From the NCBI RefSeq assembly GCF_000143415.4, contig NW_003314282.1, forward strand, positions 221,700 through 285,699: a stretch of DNA of 64,000 nucleotides. The letters run 5' to 3'. A program made the translations under genes and the position numbers. The notes below the pieces were generated by a model. It was not told the DNA's origin. It did not search any database and saw only the letters and a list, made by a program, of their open reading frames with translations. This stretch comes from Selaginella moellendorffii. Lineage: Eukaryota; Plantae; Lycopodiophyta. This document shows, piece by piece, positions 1 to 9,740 of this stretch (positions are counted from its first letter, which is position 1; each line of letters starts with the position of its first letter).

Positions 1-2
1 TG

Positions 3-1280
3 ACTTACGGCGCTATAGCCAACGTCTACGCCCGGGCCGGGGACTACCAATCCATCATCCAGCTCGTCCAGGAGATGCGAGACAGTGGAAGCTCCCCCAA
101 CGCCGTGATCATGAACACGCTCATGGGGACGCTGAGCAAGGCCGGGAAAGTGAACCAGGCCAAGAAGGTGTTCAACGAGATGAGAACCTCCGGAGTGAGC
201 CCGACGCCGGTGACGCTGAGCATCCTGGTGGAGATGTACACGAGAGTCGGAGCTTACGACCAAGCATTCGAGGTCTACGAGACGCTCAAGACGGAGGGAT
301 GGAAGTGCGACGTCGCGGTGTACAACTCGCTCATGAAAGCCTGCGTCGAGGGAGGCCGAGTCGAGCAAGCGGAGGATATCTTGAAGGAGATGAAGCGAGC
401 GGGGTGTAACCCGGATCATCTCACGTACAGGACGGCCATGAACACGTACGCGACGAAGGGAATGGTGGATCCGGCCAGGAGGATGTTCGACAAGGTGGTG
501 GCGCTCAACGGCAAGCCGGACACTCCACTCTTCACGGTGATGATCCGGGCCTGCAAGCTCGCCGGGGAGATCGAGCAGGCGAGCAAGATCTTTGACGAGA
601 TGATGGAGAGTGGCTGCTGCTCGCCGGACGAGCGAGTGAGCGGGATGCTGCTCTCGTGCATGGCCATGGCCAAGAACGACGACGAGCGCCTTGCCATCCT
701 CGACTGCCTGGACAAGTTTAACGCTCCTCTCCACGAGCTCATGAGCGCGATCGTCCGCAAGGAAGAGCCGAGATCCAGGGACGAGGTGGCGGAGATGGTG
801 GAGAAGTTCATCAGCGACTACCCCGAGACGGACTCGCGCAAGCCGCTGTGCAACTGCCTCATCGACATCTGCTCCAGCGTGGGGATGAAGCACGCAGCTC
901 ACAAGATCTTCGCCATGGGAGTTGCGGTGGGAGCCTACGATGGCCTCCAGACCAATCTCCCATCGCTGTGGCGGCTCAACCTCCGGACGCTCTCCATGCC
1001 CGCGGCCGAGTGCGCGATCGAAGCTTGGGTGAGCTCGCTCAAGGCGGCTGTCCGGGAGGGGGACGAGCTCCCGGAGGATCTCATAATCGAGACGGGCGTG
1101 GGACGAGTGCGCAGTGGACAGAGGCTCAACCCGATCGTTGGAACGCTGCTCAAGAAGCTCGGGGCGCCCTTCACAGAGAACACCGAGCCGGCGGGGTACT
1201 ACTGCTCGACTGGAGCCGCGGTGGAGGCGTGGATCAAAGCGAGGATCGCTCTGGAAGAAAATTCGGCATTTTCTCTCTAA
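3..1280 (+). CDS. P-class pentatricopeptide repeat protein with C-terminal SMR domain (SVR7/ATP4/SOT1-like); 5' end lies outside the window
   Basis: Frame open from base 3 (TYGAIANVYARAG...). 35-aa P repeats (VYNSLMKACVEGGRVEQAEDILKEMKRAGCNPD). C-terminus WRLNLRTLS...IIETGVG...LKKLGAPF...GYYCSTGAAVEAWI matches the PPR-SMR tail. Confidence 0.9.
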   Translation, partial: TYGAIANVYARAGDYQSIIQLVQEMRDSGSSPNAVIMNTLMGTLSKAGKVNQAKKVFNEMRTSGVSPTPVTLSILVEMYTRVGAYDQAFEVYETLKTEGWKCDVAVYNSLMKACVEGGRVEQAEDILKEMKRAGCNPDHLTYRTAMNTYATKGMVDPARRMFDKVVALNGKPDTPLFTVMIRACKLAGEIEQASKIFDEMMESGCCSPDERVSGMLLSCMAMAKNDDERLAILDCLDKFNAPLHELMSAIVRKEEPRSRDEVAEMVEKFISDYPETDSRKPLCNCLIDICSSVGMKHAAHKIFAMGVAVGAYDGLQTNLPSLWRLNLRTLSMPAAECAIEAWVSSLKAAVREGDELPEDLIIETGVGRVRSGQRLNPIVGTLLKKLGAPFTENTEPAGYYCSTGAAVEAWIKARIALEENSAFSL

Positions 1281-2405
1281 AGATTTTATAAAAACTTTAT
1301 GGACTTTAATGAAATTGTGACTAGTAATATAGCAAAAGATGGCGGACGAAAGCCGGTGAGGGTTTGACGGTGCGAATCTTGCGACACCATCGCCCTCTTG
1401 TAAAGCGCCTATACCCAACACTGTCTCGGCGGAAGAGCACAGGCGACACCTATGTTTGTGGTATGTACGCAAATTGGGTGTCTATCTTGTTGCCTCTCTC
1501 ACGCAGCAATTCCTGCAAGCGACCGCAACGCTGCCAAAGGCATGCCCCGTTCGATCCGTCACTGCCACTGTCTCGAGAGAACCTGGTCGAATGGCTCTCG
1601 ACAGTCCTCTTAAGCACCTTGCAACGAAAGTGCTTCTCTTATTGGTGGAGGCTGATAAGGACTGGTTGGCCGGACTGCTCACAGCGATTCCAAACGCCGA
1701 GAACCCGTCGAGGCCTCTCTCAGCCGTGGTCGAGTATGCTTCTCCAACCACAAGACGTCCTTCAGTCGTATATCCACTGGAAGTCAAGCGTGTTGGAGCT
1801 AGAGAGCAATTGTTTTGTGATATGAAAAAGAAAAACAACGAGTACTGAGTCAATGCCCTAGCACGTCCAAGGCAAGGCATTTGACCAAAATCCCAGTGAT
1901 GCTTGGGAAGAACACTGGATAGAAACGTAGACTCAAGGGTTAAAAATTATGCCGTTGATGTCTTCGTGTTTGCATAAGAATGGATATATTGCTCATAGAA
2001 AACCCATGTAGATCACACAGACACACCAGTCAATATTTTGGAGGTGTGTGGCCATGGGATGATTTGTTCGTGATCTGTACACGGAGTCTGGCCACCATTT
2101 CTAATCGACAGTTATAACTCTGCCAAAACTCTTGGCAGTGGCTGAGAGATGAGGAAAAACTCAAACAGAATCAAAGCCCAAGCCATCCCATCCTTGCCCA
2201 GCATTCCAACTCTCACAATTCTCAGTGCTTCTCAATTGCTGATCTCCCAGATGGGCTCACGAGCTAATCAGCCAGCACTTGCTCATCCAATGGTGTTGCA
2301 GGCTGATTGATTGATGTATATCTTAAATCCTGCAAAGAATTTGAACCCAGCACCACCAGAGCCTTCAACAAGTTGGCAGTTTATATTCTATTCCAATCTG
2401 AAACC

Positions 2406-5237
2406 ATGGAAACCATCAAATCTCTTGCATTGCAAATAAAGTCAATTGGCATCTCAAGGGATGTGGAGGAAGCCAAGAGGATCCACTTCAAGGTTAAGGC
2501 ACACAAGGAGCTTCAACAAAACATTTTCCTTGCTAATCTGGTTGTAGAAATGTATGGCCGGTGTGGGTGTATCAGCGAGGCTCACGATGCCTTTGAAGAG
2601 ATTCTCACTCCAAATCAGTTTTCCTGGAATATCATGCTCGCGGCATTTTCACGCAACGGGGACTTGGCACAAGCTCGAAGCTGGTTTGATGCGATGCCAC
2701 AACGGAATCCTGTTGCCTTGAACACGATGATAGCGGCATATGCCCGCATGGGGCATCTCGAAGAGGCCGAGAACTTGGCGATTCGCGATCAAAGCGATGA
2801 TCCAGCATCATGGAATCCCATAATATCTGGATACCTACAACAGGAAGACGTAGAAGGAGCCAAGAAAGTTTTTGATAGAATGCGCGTGAGAGATTCCATC
2901 TCCTGGAATGCAATGATTGGGGGATACGCCAAGCGTGGGCATCTGCAGCAAGCGTGTCATTTGTTTGAGAAAATGCCCGATAAAACGATCGCTTCATTGA
3001 ATTTAATTCTCAAATCGCTCGCTGCGAATGGAAAGATTAAAGAAGCAAAACAGTTTTTTGATCGAATGCCTCAGAGGGATGAGATCTCCTGGAATGCCCT
3101 TCTCCGGGGATTTATTTCTTGCGGGCAAATCCAGGACGCAAAAGAGCTATTCGATCTCATGCCTCACCAGCGCGATCCAGGGACTTTGTTCGTACTATTG
3201 GAGGGGTATTGCAATCACGGGTTGATCCAGGAAGCCAAAACATTGCTCGATTCCATTGATCCACCCATAAGAAATCCAAGTGTTTGTTTCCCGATAATCC
3301 GTGCGCTGGGCGATGCAGGGGACGTGATCGGTGCGAGGGCGCTATTTGATCGCCAGGAGAAAAAGGACATCCAGCTATGGACGTTGATGATGAAGATCTA
3401 CGCGCAGTGGGGCAACCTGGAGCTAGCGAGAGAGATCTTTGACGTAATGCCAGAGAGAGATGCAATTTCCTGGACTGTGATTGTGAGCGCGTACGGAAGA
3501 ACCGGCGATCTGAGAGAAGCAAAGAACCTTTTCCAACAAATGCCGTATAGAGATTCCGTCGCGTGGTGTTCCTTAATCTCGGCATATGCCAAAGCGGGGC
3601 ATCTGGAGGATGCGGAGAGGATGTTCTTTGATGAAGTTCCTGCCAGGGACGCTTCGATGTGGAACGCGATGATCACAGCGTACGGAGAGAACTCGAGAGT
3701 GGATTTCGCGGAGAAAATCTTTAAGCAAGTTCCCGAGAAAGATCTTGTTTCATGGAATGCCATGATTTCGGCATTTGCCGCGAATGGAGAAATCGCTCCC
3801 GCCAAAGAAACTTTTGATTCCATGCCAATGAAAAACATAACGTCGTGGAACACACTTATGGCCATGTACGGAGAGTACGGCATGCACGGTAATGCCAGGC
3901 AAGTGTACGATGCCATGCCCCAGTGGAATCTTCTCTCGTGGAACTGCATGATACAGGCATTTGCGGAAGGCGCGCATCTGCGTTTCGCACGGGAACTGTT
4001 CGAAGTCATTCCCGTACGGGACGTGGTGTCATGGACAACCATTCTGGCCGGGTGCGTACGGTCTGGGGAGCCCAACAGGGCGAAAGAAACTTTTGAAAGT
4101 ATGCCCGAGAGGAGCATTGTATCCTGGAACGTGATGATTAGATCTTGCGAGCTCTCAGACGAACTGGAGATGGCGGAGAGGATTTTTAACGAAGAAATGC
4201 CGTGCAGGGACGTTGTCTCTTGGAACTGTATGCTGTCAATCTACTCGAAGAGCAGCAGCAAGCTGGGAGAGCTCCAGAAAACTTTGCTGGAAAATATGCC
4301 CGAGCACAGTGTTTCTTCCTGGAGCTTGGCCATTGCTGGTTTGTGTCAGCACGATCGTCTCGATGACGCTGAGCTTGTTTTGAGCCGGCTGCCTTTGATT
4401 GATCTCATCTCGTCCAACACGCTCATCACCGCCTATTCCCAGAGAAACCAGCTTGAGCGAGCACGAAAGCTCTTTGATGCCATGCCTCAACGAGATGTGG
4501 TGTCCTGGAACTCGATCATGCAAGCCTATGTCCGGCACGGAGATCACCCAGAAGCGATCCATCTCTTTAAAACTATGGACCTGGAAGGAGTCGAGGCTGA
4601 CGAGTTGAGCTTTCTTACTGTTGTGGAGGCCTGCTCGATGACCACCGAAGCTATCTTGTTTGGAAGATATCTTTACTCTATCGTCATCGACACCGGATTC
4701 CTATCCAACACCTTAGTTGCCACTGCATTCTTCAGCATGTTTGCAAAGTTTGGTGACTTGAAAGTGGCACGAAGTATGTTTGATGCCCGAGTAGAACACG
4801 ACTTGGTTTCTTGGAGTGTTCTCCTCAGTGCGTACAGCCAGAGTGGCCATGTCATGGTTGCCGCTGAGGTTCTTCACGAAATGTCTATGGATGGTTTCTC
4901 AGCCAGCAAAGTGACTTTCGTTAGCATCCTGTCTGCTTGCAGCCATGGAGGCTTTCACCACCTCGGCTGTTCTCTGTTCAGTTCAATGGTCACTGACTAT
5001 GGAGTGGAGCCGGACGCCGTGCACTATACCTGCATGGTTGATCTGCTTGGGAGAGCTGGATGGCTGTGTGAAGCACGAGATTTGGTCCGCGGACTGCCTA
5101 GAGAACCTTCTTCCGAAGCGTGGATGTCTTTACTTGGTGCAAGTAAGCTGCAAAGTGAATCAAACGTAGCAAACATGGTAGCTCCAACGAACTTTGGATC
5201 ATCGTTTGTCACCTTGATAAACACGTACGTCAGCTAA
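2406..5237 (+). CDS. PLS-class PPR protein (long array of short ~31-aa repeats, then E domain, no DYW); putative organellar RNA-editing specificity factor
   Basis: Intronless ORF, first ATG at 2406. Repeats such as FDRMPQRDEISWNALL. End motifs VTFVSILSACSHGG, HYTCMVDLLGRAG, AWMSLLGA. No HxE/CxxC/DYW. Confidence 0.92.
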   Translation: METIKSLALQIKSIGISRDVEEAKRIHFKVKAHKELQQNIFLANLVVEMYGRCGCISEAHDAFEEILTPNQFSWNIMLAAFSRNGDLAQARSWFDAMPQRNPVALNTMIAAYARMGHLEEAENLAIRDQSDDPASWNPIISGYLQQEDVEGAKKVFDRMRVRDSISWNAMIGGYAKRGHLQQACHLFEKMPDKTIASLNLILKSLAANGKIKEAKQFFDRMPQRDEISWNALLRGFISCGQIQDAKELFDLMPHQRDPGTLFVLLEGYCNHGLIQEAKTLLDSIDPPIRNPSVCFPIIRALGDAGDVIGARALFDRQEKKDIQLWTLMMKIYAQWGNLELAREIFDVMPERDAISWTVIVSAYGRTGDLREAKNLFQQMPYRDSVAWCSLISAYAKAGHLEDAERMFFDEVPARDASMWNAMITAYGENSRVDFAEKIFKQVPEKDLVSWNAMISAFAANGEIAPAKETFDSMPMKNITSWNTLMAMYGEYGMHGNARQVYDAMPQWNLLSWNCMIQAFAEGAHLRFARELFEVIPVRDVVSWTTILAGCVRSGEPNRAKETFESMPERSIVSWNVMIRSCELSDELEMAERIFNEEMPCRDVVSWNCMLSIYSKSSSKLGELQKTLLENMPEHSVSSWSLAIAGLCQHDRLDDAELVLSRLPLIDLISSNTLITAYSQRNQLERARKLFDAMPQRDVVSWNSIMQAYVRHGDHPEAIHLFKTMDLEGVEADELSFLTVVEACSMTTEAILFGRYLYSIVIDTGFLSNTLVATAFFSMFAKFGDLKVARSMFDARVEHDLVSWSVLLSAYSQSGHVMVAAEVLHEMSMDGFSASKVTFVSILSACSHGGFHHLGCSLFSSMVTDYGVEPDAVHYTCMVDLLGRAGWLCEARDLVRGLPREPSSEAWMSLLGASKLQSESNVANMVAPTNFGSSFVTLINTYVS

Positions 5238-5639
5238 AACTAGCAAAACACGCTTCGATTTTACAGGCTTTGAACATAGGTGCTGTACAGGCTCGGAAGT
5301 GGACTGTATATGTCTCTCTAAATTTTTTAGTGATAACGGCCCATGATTGGACATAGAGAATACATTTCAAACAGTGAGAAATGTATATACAGTCGAACAA
5401 CTTCTGTAAACCATTGTTCTAATTAAAAAAATTGTGTCTGACTATCTCTGCTCGACTCCCGACAAGATGATCATCTAGCTTGAAAACTGCAGAGCACAAC
5501 TTAATGAGAGCTATAAGAACCTTCTCCTGCACAAAACAAAAAGTGAGCTCATTACTAACACCTCTATCCACTTACCCTGAGAAACACACTACGACTTCTT
5601 ATGTCCTTGCAAATGCATGTAAATGGCAATGGGATTACT

Positions 5640-7040
5640 CAAGGTCTCACCATCCGTGACAAATTATTGTTACTGTTGCACATTGGATCCTGATCATGTC
5701 TATTTTGAATATGAACCAGCAGGGCTTGCATTCTGTCATTCCGAAGCTCATATGTCCCATCCGGCCCTGGCATCAGGACAGGCAGCAGTGCATCATACTC
5801 CTTTTTCTTCGGTTGCAGTATTACTACCACACCACCCACAAAGAAAAAAAGCAAAGTGAGCTGCTAACAGAAGAGAAAATAAATTATGTAGAACACAATG
5901 GACTCATTTATTATACTGCTATTTCCCACACAGCTTGGTCACCAAATCCTGGAGCTTGACGGGGTGGCTAAACTTATTGTAGCTTGCCCCGTGCTTGCAA
6001 CAGGCATATATTGCCAAGAGCAGCACAATCCGAACTATTTCCCCTCAAGGCCCCTCCACAACGTAAGCTTGCTTGAAAACGCGCTGCACCACCTCCACCA
6101 CCGCACACAAGTGATCTTGATTGCATATCCGCGCAGCTGCCTCCCCCAGTATAGGCTCGAATGCATCCACGGTGAAGACGGCGTCACGGTCGCCACTTAC
6201 GTGGCTCACCGTCCGCATGGTGGCTCGCTACCATGTCCATGGCCAGTCCGGACCAGGCCACCACCTCGAGGCCAGCCGCCACCCCCCAGAACGGCAATGC
6301 CCATTTCTTCCGTCCATGCTTGCCTGCCATGCGGCCTCAGTCTCGCCAAGGTCATCCCACCCAGTAGCTTCTGCATGGCTCAGCTCTTCCGAGGGGAAGG
6401 TTGGATCCTGTGTCTTCAGCTGCAAGGACATTAGCTTCTTTGCCTGCTCGAAGTCCCGCCACAAGCTTCCCACCACCCAGATCGGCTCGAATGACTTTGT
6501 GGAGGGAAGCCGGGGTCGTACATTATCGCAGGGACGACGACGCCCAGCTTTCCTGCAGTGTCAGCACCAGTCTGAACACCTTTATGTCGCGCGGAATGCT
6601 CAAGAAAAAGCTCCTGCAGGCCAGGAATGAGCCGGCCACCTCCATAAACAATGAAGCCGCCTCGTCCATGCAGACGAGGATCTTCATCTCAGGCGAGACA
6701 ATCTTCTTGGCCTTGCAGAGCCGGTCTGGAATCAGGGACTTTCTCCAGCACCTCCTCAACGAGGTCACGGTAGCTGGAGGAACAAGCACGAGCAGCACAA
6801 AGTCAGCAAACAAAAAGAGAAGATAGTCTCGCGCATACCTTGTAGCCACGTTTACGGCAAAATGTGGCTCCGACTGTTCCGTTACCCAATCCTGTGGGGT
6901 TTTCCCTTTGATCTGAGTTAGAATAGCGAGAATCCATGCTCCCACGGCGCGTGGATCGTCGCCCTGATTACTGTCAATCAGCTGCTGAGCCACTGGACTT
7001 CGACCTGGGATGCTTGTAGACCCAAGCCTGAGGAAGTTGA
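5640..7040 (-). pseudogene. Decayed Crinkler-type P-loop NTPase + PD-(D/E)xK restriction-endonuclease-fold gene
   Basis: Joining minus-strand frames gives ILVCMDEAASLF...FLACRSFF (Walker B-like), MQKLLGG, DMVASH-RTVSHVSGDRDAVFTVDAFEPILGEAAARI, G(*)GEIVRIVLLLAI, FSHPVKLQDLVTKLCG, and YDALLPV...LLVHIQNR (D...QxK-like). Several frameshifts and stops. Confidence 0.6.
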
Positions 7041-7526
7041 CGTTAAAACTTAGGGGGTTATAAAAGTAATTAAATTAAAATCTCCGTTAAACCTTTTGCT
7101 TTTAACCTTTACTAACGAAAAATATTCTTTAAAAGGTAAAATACCTTTTCCTTTTGACCATTTTACTAACAAGAAAATACAAATGTAGAGTGAAAAAATC
7201 TTTAAAAGGTAAAATGGACGTTCCTATGGCCGCGAGCTGGGCGTGGCCAGTGCGACACCGCGCGCGTGACCACCGCGGTAGCACAACAACCGGATACTTC
7301 CCCATGGCCCAGTACCGGTTGCGATTAGGCGTATCGGTCCTTGTTTTTAAGTAGGGAAAGGAACCGGATGAAAAACCTCAAGTGGGCATGTACCCCGGTT
7401 GGTGCAATGCCGGTACCGGACCCTTCTAGGAACGCCCCCTGTAGGATATCTAAGCGAAAATGCGCGCTAGTTCTAGCGCTGTAGAAATGGAATGGATTTG
7501 CATTTGATCAGAGTACCTTTGCGCGA

Positions 7527-9602
7527 ATGACGATGCTGGAGAACGCAACCCAATCCAAAACCACTGGAAGAACACACAATGGAGCTTTAGTGCAAGTATC
7601 AACTGACTATTTTGCTCACCTCCTCAAGCAATGTGGGAATTCCAAGGACCCTTCACAGGGGGATCAAGTCTACAGAAAAATCTCCTCGAGTGAATTTGCG
7701 AATGACAGATACCTGGGAAATCTCCTCATCGAGATGTATGGCAAGTGCGGGCAATTGGACAAGGCGCAAGCGGCTTTCGATCGCCTGGATCATCCCAACA
7801 CGTACTCCTGGAACATCATTGTCGCGGCATACGCTCGCAACGGGCAGATCGATCGAGCGAGAGATCTCTTTGACGAGATGCCCTCCAAGGATGTTGTCTC
7901 ATGGAATGCCATGATCGCAGCATATGCCCAAGATGGGGACCTGGAAAAAGCCAAGGCACTGTTTGATAGAACAAAGAAGAAGGATCTCTTTACCTGGAAC
8001 ACGATGATGGCTGCGTATGCTGGAGAAGGGAAGATTTCGGAGGCGCGAGAGATCTTTGATAGGATGGAGCAGCGAGATCTTGTATCCTGGAACACGATGA
8101 TTAACGCTTATTCCCAGAACCGGCATATTGCCGAGGCTAGGAAGATCTTTGACGCGATGAAGCAACGGAACGAGATTTCTTGGAACACGATGATCTTCGC
8201 CTACGCACAGAACGATGATCTAGAAGAAGCCGAGAGATTATTCGAAAGAATGCCTCACCGGGACGCAGTAGCGATGAACGCCATGGTCCAAGCCTATGCC
8301 ATGGCCGGGAGGATCGATCAAGCGCGGCAGATGCTGGAGACGACCCTGGATCGCCTGGATTGGACGATGACCGTGGCCTGGAACGCGCTGATTGCAGCTT
8401 GCGGCGAGCGGCGGGATTCCTTCAGCGCCAGAGCTGTGTTTGATCGAATGCCAGATCGCGATCGAGACGTGGTGTCCTGGAACACGATGATCTCCGTCTA
8501 CACCCAGGCCGAGAATCTGGAAGAATCGAGGAGGATATTCAGAGCGATGCCTCACTGGAATGTGATCTCCTGGAACTCGATGATACTCGCCCTAGCAATC
8601 GAGAGCGCCATAGACGAGGGCGCGGAGCTCTACTCTAAAATGGGCGAGCGCGATGTGGTCACTTGGACGGCCATGATCAAGCTCCTCGGCGAGGCGGGAA
8701 AATTTGAAAACGCGCGGGAGATTTTCGAAGAGATGCCGGAGAGGGATGCGATAGCTTGGAATGCCATGCTCGCGGCATATGCCTTGCACAGGCAAATGGA
8801 AGATTCTAGGGCTTTGTTCTTGGAGATGCCTCACAGGAACGTCATTTCTTGGAACACGATGATCCAGGGTCTCGTCGAGGACGGCCAGGGCGAGGAATCA
8901 ATCAGGCTCTTCCAGCGGATGGATCTTGAAGGCGTCCCGCCTGACGCGATCACGCTCGTCACCATCGCCGATGCGGCCAGCAGTGTTGGATCTCTGGATC
9001 GCTGCAGGACGATCCACGAGAGCTTCCGCGGGTGTGGCGCTGGATCGGAGCTTCCAGTGGCGAATGCGCTCATCAGCATGTATGGCAAGTGTGGATCTCT
9101 GGCCGATGCTCACGTAATCTTCGACAAGATCTCTGGAATCGGCGATGTTGTCTCGTGGAACGCCCTCCTTGCGGCGTATTCCCAGGCGGGACATCACGGC
9201 ACCGCAAGAAATCTCCTGCGATCGATGATCTTGGACGGCGTCGCTCCAAACGGGATCACATTCATCGGGCTCCTCTCAACTTGCAGCCACGCCGGGATGG
9301 TGATCCAGAGCTGCGAGTACTTCGCATCGATGTGGCCGGATCACGGGATAATCCCTGGCAGCGAGCACTACCACTGCATCGTTGACATTCTTGGGAGATC
9401 CGGATGGCTCCAGGAGGCGCTGGACGCGATCGGCAGCATGCCATTTCCTGCCGGGGCCGAGGCGTGGACATCGCTGCTCACGGCGTGTAGCCTACATTCC
9501 AATGCCAAGCTCGGATCTCAAGCTGCTCACAACGCTTCGGAGATGGATTTGGCGAATCCGGCGCCATACATGATGCTCTCGGGGATCCTTACAGCGAGCT
9601 AG
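7527..9602 (+). CDS. PLS-class PPR protein with E domain, no DYW
   Basis: Intronless 691-aa ORF. FDEMPSKDVVSWNAMIAAYAQDG-type repeats, ITFIGLLSTCSHAG, HYHCIVDILGRSG, AWTSLLTACSLH, APYMMLS. Confidence 0.93.
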   Translation: MTMLENATQSKTTGRTHNGALVQVSTDYFAHLLKQCGNSKDPSQGDQVYRKISSSEFANDRYLGNLLIEMYGKCGQLDKAQAAFDRLDHPNTYSWNIIVAAYARNGQIDRARDLFDEMPSKDVVSWNAMIAAYAQDGDLEKAKALFDRTKKKDLFTWNTMMAAYAGEGKISEAREIFDRMEQRDLVSWNTMINAYSQNRHIAEARKIFDAMKQRNEISWNTMIFAYAQNDDLEEAERLFERMPHRDAVAMNAMVQAYAMAGRIDQARQMLETTLDRLDWTMTVAWNALIAACGERRDSFSARAVFDRMPDRDRDVVSWNTMISVYTQAENLEESRRIFRAMPHWNVISWNSMILALAIESAIDEGAELYSKMGERDVVTWTAMIKLLGEAGKFENAREIFEEMPERDAIAWNAMLAAYALHRQMEDSRALFLEMPHRNVISWNTMIQGLVEDGQGEESIRLFQRMDLEGVPPDAITLVTIADAASSVGSLDRCRTIHESFRGCGAGSELPVANALISMYGKCGSLADAHVIFDKISGIGDVVSWNALLAAYSQAGHHGTARNLLRSMILDGVAPNGITFIGLLSTCSHAGMVIQSCEYFASMWPDHGIIPGSEHYHCIVDILGRSGWLQEALDAIGSMPFPAGAEAWTSLLTACSLHSNAKLGSQAAHNASEMDLANPAPYMMLSGILTAS

Positions 9603-9740
9603 GGTTCTTCGCGAAAAGATCGGACGAACCAGCGGGGCCAGCCGTTGGATCCACATATTCCTTACAGGGTTTATGGTTTAGGGTTTAGCTATATCTTAGG
9701 GCTCGCTTCTCCGAAGGGTTCTTAGCTAGAAAGGGGGAGA

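Noticed and set aside
1339-1848. Small gene between the PPR-SMR and the first PLS PPR
   Set aside because: The ATG is followed by an in-frame TGA, no splice solution keeps the frame, and no domain is recognisable.
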